Below, in pieces: positions 48,875 to 63,040 of a DNA stretch of 64,000 bases (positions within the stretch are counted from its first letter, which is position 1; each line of letters starts with the position of its first letter). The stretch is from Mobula hypostoma (Eukaryota): contig NC_086108.1 in assembly GCF_963921235.1 (NCBI RefSeq), positions 43,526,001-43,590,000 of the forward strand. Direction: 5' to 3'. The notes beneath the pieces were generated by a model, which made no database searches, was not told the DNA's origin, and saw only the letters and a list, made by a program, of their open reading frames with translations. The translations under genes and the position numbers were made by a program.

Positions 48875-50529
48875 CAGCGCCTTGCCAAGCCAAGTCTCTA
48901 GCCTCTAGCCTGAAGATTCCAGCCTCGTCCTGCCTGCCTGCCAAGCCTCATCCTTGCCTAGTTCTGGGGCCCGAGCCAGAGGCAAGACCCAGGTACTGGT
49001 TCCTTGTCCAGTCTCTGGCTCGGAGTCCAAGCCCGGGCTCCTAGCTCTTTTGTCCAGTCCTGTTCCAGGTTCCTGGTTTTCCTGTCCATGTCCTTGCCAT
49101 CGCCCTGTATTCTAGTCCTGTCCCTAGTACTTCAGTGTCTGTGTCTTGCACTTGGGTCCGTTCCCAGCTGTGCCCTTATGACAATGTGAGACTGTCTTTC
49201 AATTTCTTGTATAGCTCAGGGTTTGGATCTATACAAGAAATCACATGTTTGTGTGGCAGCCAACCTGGTTTGCTGTTGTTGGATGCACTCCACAAATATT
49301 CCAATATTTTGCAATAATTTTGCTGGTCTGGTTTCTGACAGACGCAGAACACAGTGAGTTCATATCTCTTTAAAGAAGTGAACTTTTAGATGTATTTACT
49401 GCAGTACTGAAAAGCACCTCATTCCTGCGATGAGGCAATAAACAAAACCCTGTTTAACCTCTCAGAGACATGTAACTTATCCCATGTGATTTCCCAACAG
49501 AAGGAGAGGTGATACTTCCACGTTCGCTGATGATACAAGATGACCAGAGTTCTAAAAATGTTTTAAAGGAGATGACAAGATAGGTGAGTGGGCAGGATCT
49601 TGACAGATGAAAGATAATATGGAAAAATGTTCTTGAAAAATACTGGGCCAGATCTTGTTGGCTAATGCCAGCAGTGTCAACAGGCATGCACAGCCTAATG
49701 TGGATGTTTCTGGTTTGGAGTCCCGCAGCCACAGGCAGTGTTGCTCAGTTTTCCCAGTGGTTATGCTGGGGCATTACCTTCTAGATTTGGTGCCAGGATC
49801 TGACCACCCCACCAGTTTCAATGGTGATTGTAAGGTATTCAGTAGCAAAAGTACTTAAAAAATGTTGAACTATTTTTGGTTAGTCATTGTTTTGAAGTGT
49901 TTCTCATTCTTTTTAATGTTCTTTTAAATTTTAAATGATTTTTAAGATTTTAAAATTATTTATTTCAGTTTTCATAGCTTTCCTTAATATTTTTGAATGC
50001 CATGGACAAAACAAACTATAAAGAAAAAAATTCCTTCCAGCTTTTACAACTGGATTTTGCTGTGGTCAACAGAGAATGTAACATAAGACACAGTAGATGG
50101 TGAATTGGTGATTGGATAGATAGCAGAATGGGATCTTTCTCAAGTTGACAGGTTGTGGTCAGTGAGATATCACTGGGATCAGTTTAGGTTAATCAATATC
50201 TACATTCAGACCAGGAAAGCACAAGTGTGGGGAAATGGGAAGTGATTCAACATGGGGAGTTGGCCAACAAGGTCTTGTCCTTAAATTCTTCTACCATTTG
50301 GTCTTTCGGAAACAGTGAAAGTACATACCCCAATAATGCATAACGCAGGTATGAAGACCCCTCTCATGTTACAGATGAGAAAATGTCCTTCATGTATTGA
50401 CCATTTAGACACTTCTCATCATCATCCTCACTTTCCAACTGCCTTCAATCACTTCTTAAATTCTTAGATATTCTTAGAATACAAGAATTGTTCTCAGAAT
50501 ACAATATTCATTTATTATTTAGTTAGTTT

Positions 50530-51380
50530 ATTTAAGTAGTGATGCAGTGCAGAATAAGCCCTACCTGCCCTTCAAGCTGCATCGCCCAGCAACCCCCTGA
50601 TTTAACACTAGCCTAATCACGGGACAATTTACAAAGACCAATTAACCACTAACCGGCACGTCTTTGGACTGTAGGAGGGAAATGGAGGGCTTGTGTATTC
50701 TAAAGCCTGATTTATACTTCTGTGTATGGGCTATGCCGCAGGCCTGATTTATACTTCTGCATAGCTCTACACCATAGCGAGCATGCATTGTTGTGTCTGC
50801 GTTGCTCTGCAATTCACTGCCAAAAAGCTAGTTGGTGGGGTTTCTATGCCACTGTGTCGAGTTTCTTCGTGAGAGACATGGTTGAGGAAATGCATTTCAA
50901 AAATATTTTCAGATGTCGGCAGGTAGATTTGACAATTTGGTTCATCATCTCCAACCATTTATTTTGCATCAGTGTGCAGACGTGGCAGAGAAAGGCAACC
51001 GGAAATGCGTAGGAGGAAGTGTAATGCTACCAAGCGGACCAATCACAGTTGTTGCGGTCTGCGTCGCCGCAACGCATGAGTTACTCTTTTGGTGAGGTGC
51101 GCATCACCCTACGACGTAGGTACGGTGCAGAAGTATAAATCAGGCTTTAGAGATCCAGCCGAGTAACAGGCCCTTTTAGCCCAATAAGCAGATATTGCCC
51201 AATTACACCCGTGTGATGGATTACCCCTACGAACCCATACATCTCTGGAATGTGCAAGGAAACTGAAACACCCAGAGGAAACTCTCAGTCACAGGGATAA
51301 CGTACAAACTTTTCTTACAGACGGTAGCAGGAATTGAACCAGGCCACGGAAGCTGTAAAGCCACTATGCTACTGCGTTGT
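50530..51380 (-). mobile_element. Two V-SINE-like fragments flanking a MITE
   Basis: ccaattaaccactaaccggcacgtctttggactgtaggaggaaa (50640-50685) and ggaaactgaaacacccagaggaaac...gaattgaaccagg (51260-51345, reverse B-box-like). Confidence 0.65.
50703..51147. mobile_element. MITE (PIF/Harbinger-like or TA-target DNA element)
   Basis: TIR aagcctgatttatacttctg / cagaagtataaatcaggctt flanked by TA. An extra internal TIR copy lies at 50742-50760. Confidence 0.8.
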
Positions 51381-51811
51381 CCCTATTCAACTCCAGCTGA
51401 ATAGAAGATGATTTTTAACAAAGTAGGCTGATCTGTGTATTATAAATAGTCTCTGCTCTGTGCTGGTGTGGGAATAAGGGTGTCCCCAAAACAGGTGAAA
51501 ATTGAGCAATAAGTTATGACTTAACAATGAGCTTTCAGATCCAAGGAGTTGCCAAGCTTGCAGATGGCATTTGTTCAATGCATTTACTTTGTAGCCTTAC
51601 CAATTCTGCTTAGCAAGATACCTGGGAAAGCTTATGAAGTACTTGTTAATGGGCACTGAACCCCTTTAGGAATTGTATCAATGCTTGGTGTACATTTCCT
51701 GTGAGAACAATTTGTACTGCCTAATGGTTCCTGTACTGCAAGATTAACTCTTCGAGGATTTGCTGTGTTTGCAGATGTCTAACATTAAAACTAATCTCTG
51801 ATAAGTAAGTA

Positions 51812-52746
51812 CAGTGGTATGCAAAAGTTTGGGCACCCCTGGTCAAAATTTCTGTTACTGTGAATAGCTAAGCAAGTAAAAGATGACCTGATTTCCAAAA
51901 GGCATAAAGTTAAAGCTGACAAATTTCTTTAATATTTTAAGCAAGAGTACTTTTTTATTTCCATCTTTTACAGTTTCAAAATAACAAGAAAGGAAAAGGG
52001 CCCGAAGTAAAAGTTTGGGCACCCTGCATGGTCAGTACTTAGTAACACCCCCTTTGGCAAGTATCACAGATTGGAATGCATGGCCTGAGTCAGTGGTGGA
52101 GGCAGATACACTAGTGAAGTTTGAGACTACCAGACAGGTATATGGAGGAATCTAAGGTGGGGGCTTATATGGGAGGCAGGGTTTGAGGGTCGGCACAACA
52201 TTGTGGGCCGAAGGGCCTGTACTGTGCTGTACTATTCTATGTTCTATGTCCTATGTCCTATGTTCTAAACACTTTTTGTAGTCAGCTAAGAATTTTTCCA
52301 TTCTTGTTTGGGGGATTTTTGCCCATTCTTCCTTGCAAAAGGCTTCAGGTTCTGTGAGATTCTTGGGCCGTCTTGCATGCACTGCTCTTTTGAGGTCTAT
52401 CCACAGATTCTCGATGTTTAGGTCAGGGGACTGTGAGGGCCATGGCAAAACCTTCAGCTTGTGCCTCTTGAGGTAGACCATTGTGGATTCTGAGGTGTTT
52501 CAGATCATTATTCTGTAGTAGAAGCCATCCTCTTTTCATCTTCGGCCTTTTCTTTTTACAGACGGTGTGATATTTGCTTCCAGAATTTGCTGGTATTTAA
52601 TTGAATTCATTCTTCCCTCTACCAGTAAATGTTCCCTGTGCCACTGGCTGCAACGCAAGCCCAAAGTATGATTGATCCACCCCCGTGCTTAACAGTTGGA
52701 GAGGGGTTCTTTTCATGAAATTCTGCACCCTTTTTTTCTCCAAACA
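51812..52746 (-). mobile_element. Tc1 3' half (family of 27192-29286) with a CR1 tail inserted at about 52071-52266
   Basis: TA|cagtggtatgcaaaagtttggg end. Reads [29 protein letters not shown] and [13 protein letters not shown]. Confidence 0.88.
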
Positions 52747-52749
52747 AGA

Positions 52750-53490
52750 GCCTGATGGTTGAAGAGTGATGTGAACCTGGTGATGTGAGTCCTGAGGGTT
52801 CTTTACCTTCTTCCTGATGGTAGCAGCAAGAAGAGAACATGACCTGGGTGGATGCTGCCTTCCTCTGACAATGCTCTACGTAGATGTGCTCAGTGGTGGG
52901 TTGTGGCCACTACTTTTTGCAGCATTTTCCGTTCAAGGCCATTGGTGCTTCCATACCAGGTGTGATGCAACCAGTCGACATACTCTCCACCACACATCCA
53001 GAGGCTTGTCAGAGTTTGAGATGCCGTGCTGAATCTTTGCAATCTCCTAAGGAAGTGTGTCAATGCTGTGCTTTCTTTGTAATTGCATTTATGTACTGGA
53101 CCCAGGGCAGGTCCTCTGAAGTGTTCTCACTTCAGAACTTAAAGTTGCTGATCCTCTCCTCTTCTGATACTCCAATGAGTCCTGGCTCATGAACCCTGGT
53201 TTCCTCCTCCTGAACTCAGTGATCAGCTCCTTTGTCCTGCTGACGTAGAGTAAGAGGTTGTGACCCCACTCAGCCAGATTTTCAACCTCCCTCCTATATG
53301 CTGGATCAGCCAACAACACTGAGTCATTAGCAGACTTGAAAATGGCACTGAAGCTGTGCTTAGCCACACAGTCATAAGTGTAAAGCAAGTAGTGCAGGGG
53401 TGTTAGCGCACAGCCTTGCGGTGCACCTGTGCTGAGGGACATTGTGGAGGAAATGTTGTTGCCAATCCGAACCGACTGGGGTGTATAAGT
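52750..53490 (-). mobile_element. Degenerate Rex1/Babar fragment
   Basis: ORF 53089-53442 reads STGAPQGCALTP...YTYDCVAKH...RTKELI. Confidence 0.75.
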
Positions 53491-53589
53491 GAAGAAACAG
53501 AATCCTTTGCACAGTACTGTATATAATCAAGTTAGTAAGCCCCAAAAAAGCCAAGCTGACCCTCCCTAATTTTGCTATGGATTTCCAAA

Positions 53590-54650
53590 TTCTAATACAC
53601 CCTAATAATTCAGTCCAGTAACTTTCCTATCATTGACATGAGACTCACTGGCCTATTGTTTTCAGAATTATCCTGGTTTCCTTCTTAAATAGTGGAACAA
53701 CGTTTGCTGCCTGCCCACCTCCGGGACCTCACCTGTGGCTGTAGATGACATGGAGATATTGGCTAAGGCGCCATCGACTTCGTCTCTCGGCTTTGTCAAT
53801 AACCTGAGGTGCAGCCCATCTGGCCCAGGGATGTATCCACCTTAGTGCTCTTTAGGAGTCCCAACCCTGCCTCCTCCTGTACCTCGAAATGCCCTATCAA
53901 TCAATAAGCTGAGCACCAATCTACGTACCCTCCACGACCTTCTCTTTGGTAAATAGTACTCATTAAGGACCCCACCCACATCCTTTGCACCCAAGCAAAT
54001 GTTCCCCCCTTTATCTTGAGTGGTCCTACCTTGTCTCTAGTTATCCTTTTGCTCCTGATGTATGCAGAGAATGCCTTGGGAGTCTCCTTAATCTTACTTG
54101 CTAAGGACTTTTCATGACCCATTCTGGTTTTCCCAATTTCTTCTTGGCTGGCTTCTGGCTTCCTTATAATCCTCAAATGCTGTCTCTGATTCTAGATTCC
54201 TAAGCTTTACATACGTTTCCTTTTCCTTCTTGACTAAATTCATGGCCTCTCTCAACATCCTTCCTTGCTGAGCCTAAGAGCCAGTCACAGTGCCACAGGC
54301 TTGACTGCTGCTGCTGTACCCCAATAGGTCATCTCCCCACCCCAATGGTATTCAAAAGGGTATACTTGTTGCTAAGGGGAATCTTGCACTGACTGTTTAC
54401 TCCCCTTATTTCTGGTGGTCACCCATCTACTATCTGCATTCTGGGTGTGACCAACTCAAAGTATCACCCATGAGGGTTTCAGCCTCCCAGATGTTCCTGT
54501 GTACATTCAGCTCCAGCTCCTTGACCTGGTCAGTGAGAAGCTGAAGTTGGGTGCACTTCCTGTAGATGTAGTCATCAGGGAGACTGTTCGGTCCTGAAAT
54601 CCCACATCTTACAGGTGGAGCAGTACACTGCCTTAACTACCATCCTGCCT
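53590..54650 (-). mobile_element. Degenerate CR1 fragments
   Basis: ORF 53901-54176 reads KSLASKIKETPKAFSAYIRSKRITRDKVGPL. Confidence 0.65.
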
Positions 54651-55794
54651 ACACAGAATGAAGGACTAAGGATTTATGGACAACATAGAAAACCTCACCT
54701 ATCCCTATGTGTGCCTTCTCTCTGAAACCTTTGAGTTTCACACTAACCTAGTTCACTTACTCAGCCTCTTCTTACCTTTTCATACCTTTGTCTCTAATTT
54801 TTCAAGCTTAAGTTGTACAATAAAATAAATGATTCCAAACAACTCACCACCCTTAGCTTCTGCCTCTTCTCGCTGAAGCCTGTTGCACCAAAGCCATCTA
54901 CTCCAACACTGGCCTACTCCTACAATGGCCACTCTGCCTACATCTCACTACTTTTACTGACCCTTCCAAAGTTACTAATAACTCAAGCAACCTCCCGGTC
55001 CACAGACAAGCTTCAATGGGCTCCACCTGCTCTTTGAAACTAGAGCGTAAACCCCACAACAAGGTCTCCAACTCTCTCTGCGATCTCCCACTCCATCAGA
55101 TCTCGTCAGATGTTGTGATAGCTCAGTTTGCCTCATAACTGCCGCATTGCCCGACAGAAATCAAGAAATAAAGGACAAATTACAGCCCAAAAATGCCATG
55201 TAGAGAGTACTACACTCCCAATGGCAGTGATATGGCATATATTTTAATACTCATTTTTCTTGTCTTTGTACAAGTGCCATACATTTCTAGTATTTTAAAT
55301 ACATTTTTATCAGATGCTGGTAGCTCTGGGAAGGCAGAGGTGTATTCTCCATCCTGAATGTAGTTGGAAAGTGGTCACCTCCTTGAACCATTGCAGACCT
55401 GTGCACTGGGACAGGAAGCTCCGGGATCTGGATATAGCAAAGACAAAGTCACACAAGTCAGGGTATTGTGTGTCTTGGAAGGGACTTGTATTACTGCACA
55501 TCTGCTGCCCTTATCCTTTGAAGTGGCAGAAGTTGCAGGCTTGGGCCAAAGTGTTAAAAAGCTTTAGTGAGTTTCTGCAGCACATTTCATGGATGGGATA
55601 CTTTCATCTTGCTGTGGTGGCAGTGCAGGGTGAAAATGCTTGGAGTAGAGAGGTAGTGTCATTCAAATGGGTGGTTTTGTCATAGATGTTGCTGAGTTTC
55701 TTCAATACTCTCCACAAACCATCTTCCTTTGTGCTAATTATTACTTCAGACAATGAAAGATCTTCTGCTCGATACCCATTGCTTTTGTTTTCCC

Positions 55795-57514
55795 TAAGGC
55801 CTTGGCAGACAGGATTAAGGAAAACCCCAAGGCATTCTACCAGTATGTGAAGAGCAAGAGGATAAGACGTGAGAGAATAGGACCAATCAAGGGTGACAGT
55901 GGAAAAGTGTGTATGGAACCGGAGGAAATAGTGGAGGTACTTAATGAATACTTCAGTATTCACTATGGAAAAGGATCTTGGTGATTGTAGGGATGACTTG
56001 CAGCAGACTGAAAAGCTTGAGCATGTAGATATTAAGAAAGATGTACTGGAGCTTTTGGAAAGCATCAAGTTGGATAAGTCACCGGGACCAGACGGGATGT
56101 ACCCCAGACTACTGTGGGAGGTGAGGAAGGAAATTCCTGAGTCTCTGGTGATGATCTTTGCGTCATCAATGAGGATGGGAGAGGTCAGAAACTATAGGCC
56201 AGTGAGTCTTACTTCAGTGGTTGGTAAGATGATGAAGATCCTGAGAGGCAGGATTTATGAACAGTTGGAGAGGCATAATGTGATTAGGAATAGTCAGCAT
56301 GGCTTTGTCAAAGGTAGGTCGTGCCTTACGAGCCTGATTGAATTTTTTGAGGATGTGACTAAACACATTGATGAAGGTAGAGCCGTAGATGTAGTGTATA
56401 TGGATTTTAGCAAGGTATTTGATAAGGTACGCCTTATTGAGAAAGTAAGGAAGCATGGGATCCAAGGAGACATTGCATTGTAGATCCAGAACTGGCTTGC
56501 CCACAGAAGGCAAAGAGTGGTTGTAGATGGGTCATATTCTGCATGGAGGCCAGTTATCAGCGGTGTGCCTCAGAGATCTGTTCTGGGACCCCTACTCTTA
56601 GTGATTTTTATCAATGACCTGGATGAGGAAGTGGAGGGATGGGTTAGTAAATTTGCTGAAGACACAAAGGTTGGGGGTGTTGTGGATAGTGTGGAGGACT
56701 GTCAGAGGTTACAATGGGACATTGATAGGATGCAAAACTGGGCTGAGAAGTGGCAGATGGAGTTTAACCCAGATAAGTGTGAGGTGGTTCATTTTGGTAG
56801 GTCAAATATGATGGCAGAATATAGTATTAATGGTAAGACTCTTGGCAGTGTAGAAGATCAGAGGGATTTTGGGTTCTGAGTCCATAGGACACTCAAAGCT
56901 GCTATGCAGGTTGACTCTGAGGTTAAGAAGGCGTATGGTGCATTGGCCTTCATCAGTCGTGGGAGTGAGTTTAAGAGCCAAGAGGTAATGTTGTAGCTAT
57001 ATAGGGCCCTGGTCAGACCCCACTTGGAGTACTGTGCTCAATTCTGGTCGCCTCACTACAAGGAGGACGTGGAAACCGTAGAAAGGGTGCAGAGGAGATT
57101 TACAAGGATGTTGCCTGGATTGGGGAGCATGCCTTATGAGAATAGGTTGAATGCACTCTGCCTTTTCTCCTTGGAGCAACGGAGGATGAGAGGTGACCTG
57201 ATAGAGGTATTCAAGATAATGAGAGGCATTGACCGTGTGGATAGTCAGAGGCTTTTCCCCAGGGCTGAAATGGCTAGCATGAGAAGGCATAGTTTTCTGG
57301 TGCTTGGAAGTAGGTGAGTGCATGGAATGGGCTGCCAGCGGCGGTGGTGGAGGCGGAAACGATAGGATCTTTTAGGAGACTCCTGGATGGCTGCATGGAA
57401 CTTAGAAAAATAGAGGGCTATGGGTAAAGCCTAGGTAGTTCTAAGGTAGGGACATGTTCGGCACAGTTTTGTGGGCCAAAGGGCCTGCATTGTTCTGTAG
57501 GTTTTTTGTTTCTA
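55795..57514 (+). mobile_element. CR1 LINE, 5'-truncated, frameshifted RT
   Basis: KSPGPDG, QHGFVKGRSCLT, SGVPQRSVLGP, SKFAEDTK, EYCAQFWSP, then a 3' UTR. Confidence 0.92.
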
Positions 57515-57696
57515 ATGCTCCTGATACCACAATCAAGTGCAATTATTTTTCTTTTATTTTCTTATTTAATTTATAAATTGAAGTTAACATTATTCATATT
57601 TGTCACATTTGTAACGCACTGTGCAAAACATTAATATTCACGGCATTTATACCCTGGCTAAGTAAGCCTTTAACAATAAATTTGAACTTGCCTTTA

Positions 57697-58226
57697 CCTG
57701 CTGTACCTAATAAAGTGGCCACGAAGTGTATTCGTGATCTTCTGATTCTGTTGCTCATCTACTTCAAGGTTCAACATGTTGTGCATTCAGAGATGCTCTT
57801 CTGCACACCACAGTTGTAACTTGTGGTTATTTGACTTACAGTTGCCTTTCTGTCAGCTTGAAACAGTCTGGCCATTCTCCTCTGATCTCCCACATTAACA
57901 AGTCATTTTTGCTGTCAGAACTGCCTCTCACAGGGTGTTTTAAAAAAAATTTCACACCCTTTCCTCTAAACTCTAGAGACTGTAGTGTGTGAAAATACCA
58001 GGAAATCTTCAGTTTCTGAGATACTCAAACCACCCTGTCTGGCACCAACAATCATTCCATGGTCCAAGTCACTTAGATCACACTTCTTCCCCATTCTGAC
58101 ATTTGTTTGAACAGCAAATGAACACCTGGACCATGTCTGCATGCAATGAGTCACTGCTAGATGATTGGTGATTAGATATTTGCATTGATGAGCAGGTGTA
58201 CAGGAGTACCTAATAAAGTGTCCACT
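57697..58226 (-). mobile_element. Tc1-derived non-autonomous element remnant
   Basis: Repeated gtacctaataaagtg(g/t)cc motifs. ORF 57966-58154 reads MGKKCDLSDLDHGMIVGARQGGLSISET, a Tc1 HTH start. Confidence 0.7.
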
Positions 58227-58667
58227 AAATGTTCGTCAAGAGCAGTCATTCACACCTCCACATAGTTGCCATAGCCAAGAAAGCTCATCTGTGTCTCTGC
58301 TTCCTCAAAGGGAAAGAAATGTTTCTTTTCATCCTTTGGCATGTTTCCTTTGATACTCACCAACATATATTGAAGCATCGTAGAAAATGTCCAATCCAGA
58401 TGCATCACAGCTTGGAATGGCAAGTGGTCTGCCCAGGATCACAGGAAACTGCAGAGAGTTGTGGGCACAGCTCAGCACACCCTCCCTCTGTGACTTGATC
58501 AATAATTTTCGCTGCCTCTGTAAAGTAGCTAGCATAATAAAATTTCCCATCCACCCTAGACATTCACCTTCCCCCACTGTCCCATCGAGCAAAAGATACA
58601 AAAGCCTGAAAGCACAGTTCACTAAGTTCAAAGGCAGCTTCTATTGATAAGTATAATGTAGATAAGT

Positions 58668-58990
58668 AACACAGACAAAATGCTGGAGGAACTCAGCAGA
58701 CCAGGCAGCATCTATGGAAAACAGTTGACATTTTAGACTGAGACCCTTCATCAGGACTGGAAAAAAGAGATTAGAAGGTGGGACGAAGTACAAGGTAGTA
58801 GGTGATTGGTGAAACTGGAAGAGGGGAAAGGGTGGTAAGGAACTGGGAAGTCAATTGGTGAAAGAGATAAAGGGCTGGAGAAGGGGGAATCTGATAGGAG
58901 AGGACAGAAGGCCATGGAGCAAAGGAAGGGGGATGAGCACCTCAGGGAGGTGAGCAGGTAAGGGGATAAGGTGAGTGAGGAAAAATTGGA
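58668..58990 (-). mobile_element. PLE pLTR arm with decayed hammerhead, followed by purine-rich UTR
   Basis: aaaatgctggaggaactcagcagaccaggcagcatc...gagacccttcatcaggactgg. It appears to resume near 59782 after a CR1 insertion. Confidence 0.7.
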
Positions 58991-59004
58991 ATAAAACCAT
59001 GATG

Positions 59005-59781
59005 ATAAGACATAGGAGCAGAATTAGGTCATCTGGCCCATCGAGTCTGCTCTGTCATTCAATCATAGCTGGTCCTCTTTTCTCCTCCTCCCCAGCCTAT
59101 TCCCCATAACCCTTGATGCCGTGTCCAAATCATGAACCTATCAATCTCTGCCTTAAATACACCCAATGACCTGGCCTCCACAGCTGCCTGTGGCAACAAA
59201 TTCTACAAATTCACCACCCTCTGGCTGAAGGAATATCTCCGTACCCCTGTTTAAACTTGGCAACGGAGCAATCTATTCCATCATCTAAATCATTGATATC
59301 CAGCATAAGAAGAAGCGGTAACAACACCAAACCCTGAGGACACAACTACTCACTGGCAGAAAAGGATCCTTTTATTCCCACTCGCTGCCTCCTACCAATC
59401 AGCCAATGCTCTAACTATGTTAGTAACTTTCCTGTCATACCATGGGCTCTTAACTTGGTGTGGCACCTCATCAAAGGTCTTCTGAAAGTCCAAATATACA
59501 ACATCCACTGCATCCCCTTTATCTATCCTACTTGTAATCTCCTCAAAGAATTCCAACAGGTTCATCAGGCAAGATTTTCCCTTAAGGAAATCATGCTGAC
59601 TTTGTCCTATCTTGTCCTGTGACACCAAATACTTAACAAATGACTCCAACATCTTCCCAACCACTGAGATCAGGCTAACTGGTCTATAATTTCCTTTCTT
59701 CAAGAGTGGAGTGACATTTGCAATTTTTTAGTTAACTAGCACCATGCTAGAGTCCAATGATTTTTGAAAGATCATTACTAA
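59005..59781 (-). mobile_element. CR1 fragment with internal deletions
   Basis: ORF 59392-59703 reads GNYRPVSL...YLDFQKTFDEVPH. CR1 3' UTR at 59005-59240. Confidence 0.85.
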
Positions 59782-61209
59782 TTGGGAATGGTGAAGAAGA
59801 AGTGGGGGCAATTACTGGAAAGATCGATATGTAAGTACTTCTTATATCCTTGCACTTTTTTTGGTCCACCTGCACTGTACTTCATCAGTAGTTGTTACAC
59901 TTCCTGTTATTTTCTTTACCTTGCACTGCCTTGATACAGTGTTGCAATAATGAAATATTCTATCTGAATTTTATGCAAGCCAAGTTTTGTACTCTAACTC
60001 AGTACATACAACAATAATGAACTAGTTCCAGTTTCATTTCCGCTGCAATTCTGCTTGTTTGCTAAATTTGAAAGGACACTTTTATGAGGCCTGACACCGA
60101 GTGACCCTAAATGGTAAACGGTGATTTAGTGTGGACTAATGAGATGTAATTGGTCAAAGTTTCAAAGATTCATAGATAAATCATTCAAAGTACATTTATT
60201 AATAAAGAATGTATAAATTATACAACCTTACAGGCGGCCACAAAACAAGCAACCCGAAAGAACGCAGTTAAATAAAAGACCAACACCCATTGCACAGAGA
60301 AAGAGGAAAAGACACAAATCATGTAAACAACAGAAGTGAGCAACAGCATTCCGAACCAAATTGAGTCCTTAGATCCAAATCCCCAGAGCAGTCTGGAGTA
60401 CCTTGCCTCAGTTCATCATAATAGGGTGGCAAATCCTCATGTAGCACAGCAGCAAGGGTAGTCTCACAGCCTCAGTGCCACAGACAATGGAGTGTACTTT
60501 GCAGGAGAGCGAGAAAAATCGGTCTGACTCAGAGTGGTGGGTGTGTGGAATGCACTGTCGGCGACGGTGGTGGAGGCGGATACAATAGGATCTTTTAAGA
60601 GACTCTTAGGTACGTGGAATCTAGAAAAATAGAGGGCTATGCAATAGGGTAATTCTAGGCAGTTTCTAGAGTAGGTTACATGGTCGGCACAACATTGTGG
60701 GCCGAAGGGCCTGGAATGTGCTGCAGATTTCTATGTTCTTGCCTTTGGTCCCAACACTCTGCCTTTCCAATATATCTGGGCCAGCGTTTAAGTTGTCTCA
60801 ACAGCGGATTGTACCTGGCCTTAAGACCCAGGCCCTGATGCAGCGAAACACTCTTGGCCTAGACCACACCACCCAGTGATTCATTCTGGGCCTCATTGCC
60901 CAGCCTGAAGCCGTTCTCGACCTTTCCAAATTGGCTTGGCACTTAGAGCGAACCAACCTCGTGCCTGGGCTAATTGGATGGGCATCAAAACTCACTCTGC
61001 CTGGACTTCTCCTCTCTGAACCATTAACTCTAACTCTCTCTGTATCAATTCTACAATACAGCAGCATGGCACATCCCTCAAATTCACTTTGCCTTTGTTC
61101 ATCTCTTCATTGTTTGTGGTTATAGCTTATCACAATTTACTTCAGAGCGAGTGTCACTAAGAATGTTTTTAGTCGGATTGCTTGCCTTTCGAATGACCAC
61201 ACATGAGCT

Positions 61210-62316
61210 GTTTAACAAGTGAAGAGCCCATGGTATTACAGAAAATATTCTAGCATGGATAAAGCAGTGGCTGATTGGCAGGAGGCAAACAGTGGGAATA
61301 AAGGGAGCCTTTTCTGGTTAGCTGCTGGTGACTAGTGGTGTTCCACAGGGGTTAGTGTTGGGGCCACTTTTTTTTACGTTATATGTCAATGACTTGGATG
61401 ACGGAATTGATGGCGTTGTGGAAAAGTTTGTGGATGATATGAAAATAGGTGGAGGGGCAGGCAGATTTGAGGAAGTAGAGAGGCTGCAGAAGGACTTGTA
61501 TTAGGAGAATGGGCAAAAAATGGCAGTTGCAATTCAGTGCCAGGAAGTGTATGGCCATGCACTTTGTAGAAGAAATAAAAGCATAGATATTTTCTAAATG
61601 GAGAGAAAATACAAAAATCTGAGGTGCAGGATTCCCTAAGGGTTAATTTGCACTTTGAGTCGGTGGTGTGGAAGGTAAATGCCATGTTAGCATTCATTTC
61701 AAGAGGAGTACAGTATAAAAGCAAGAATGTTATGCTGAGTCTTTATAAGGCACTGGTGAGGCCTCACAGAGTATTGCAAGCAGTTTTGAGCCCCTTATCG
61801 AAGAAAGGATGTGCTGACGTTGGAGAGTGTTCAAAGCAGGTTCACGAAAATTATTCTAGGATTGAAAGGTTTATCATACGTGGAAAGTTTGATGGCTCTG
61901 GGCCTGTACTCACTGGAATTCAGAAGGATGAGGGGTGACCTCATTGAAACCTATCAAATGCTGAAAGGCCTCAATGGAGTGGATGTGAAGAGGGTGTTTC
62001 CTGTGGTGGGAGAGTTTAAGGCCAGAGGATACAGCCTCAGAATAGAGGGGCATCCTTTTTGAATAGAGATGAAGAGGAATTGCTTTAGCCAGAGAGTACT
62101 GAATCTGTGGAATTTGTTTGCCACTGGTGGCTGTGGAGGCCAAGTCATTGGGTTTATTTGAGGCAAAGGTTGATAGATTCTTGATTAGACAGGGTATGAA
62201 GGGATACAGAGAGAAGGCAGGAGATTGGAACTGAGAGGGAAAATGGATCGGCCATGATGAAATGGTGGAGCAGACTCGATGGGCATATGACCTAGTTCTG
62301 CTCCTATATCTTATGG
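61210..62316 (+). mobile_element. CR1 3' portion, degenerate
   Basis: SGVPQGLVLGP, KFVDDMK, YKALVRPH, LYSLEFRRMRGDLIE. Confidence 0.88.
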
Positions 62317-63040
62317 CATGGAGAGAATCATTTCAGCTGAAGGTTGTCTCCTAAGCCAGTGGGGACCTCAGGTGAGGGATATGATGAATCATCTATGTGG
62401 TACTTCTGGCCAAAGACGGTTGTAAGTGTTTTAGGCTTCCCTCAGTCTGTTATTTTTGAAGACAGAGCTATTCTTGGAATCTTCTCCTCCCAATATATAT
62501 ATATATTTGATATTTTACCATTAACTATGGGATGTAACAGTACCTATGACATGCTACTTCATTCTATGGCACCAGAAATAATCCTTTGTTTGTTCCCTTG
62601 CCAGATAGATGCCTCATTTGTTGTCAGGCTTGATTATTCTCTTGACCTGTTTTTCAGTGTTGTTAACTGAAGCAGGGTTGGTCCCTTGTCTTGATGAACA
62701 TACTGCAGTTGAGGAAAGACACATTAGGCCATTAAATGGAATAACTCTGTTGCTACCATTGGCTCACATTGCCTCATGGATATGCAGTTTTGTGCTGCTT
62801 AGATTCCATCAGGATCGATTTGTATTTGTCACAATCCTTGTGCCACTCAGTTGCTCTTGGTGTGAAGATGGAGTTCTGTTTCCACACAGTAGTGTGGCAA
62901 TTATTGATATCAATACAGTCTCTGATTTAAAACACAGATTGATGAGGTAAGACTGGATTGATTTACCCCTCATGTTGGTTCACTCAATACTTGGTCAGTT
63001 CCAGCTGCTCCAGATTATTCTTATTGAACTTAAATATAAA

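Larger units (their letters stand above)
47896..49183 (+). mobile_element. Solo LTR (Gypsy-like) with internal tandem repeats
   Basis: Termini TGTCATA...TATGACA form a perfect 7-bp inverted pair. 5-bp TSD atgtg (47891-47895, 49184-49188). TATA-like cataaata near 48034. Confidence 0.85.

Noticed and set aside
48277..48944. Long repetitive ORFs of 203 and 145 aa
   Set aside because: They are translation artefacts of the stop-free 26-bp minisatellite.
49501..49582. Exon-like segment ending in AG|GTGAGT
   Set aside because: Stops occur in all frames, and one frame reads STFADDTR, suggesting a decayed CR1 RT remnant.
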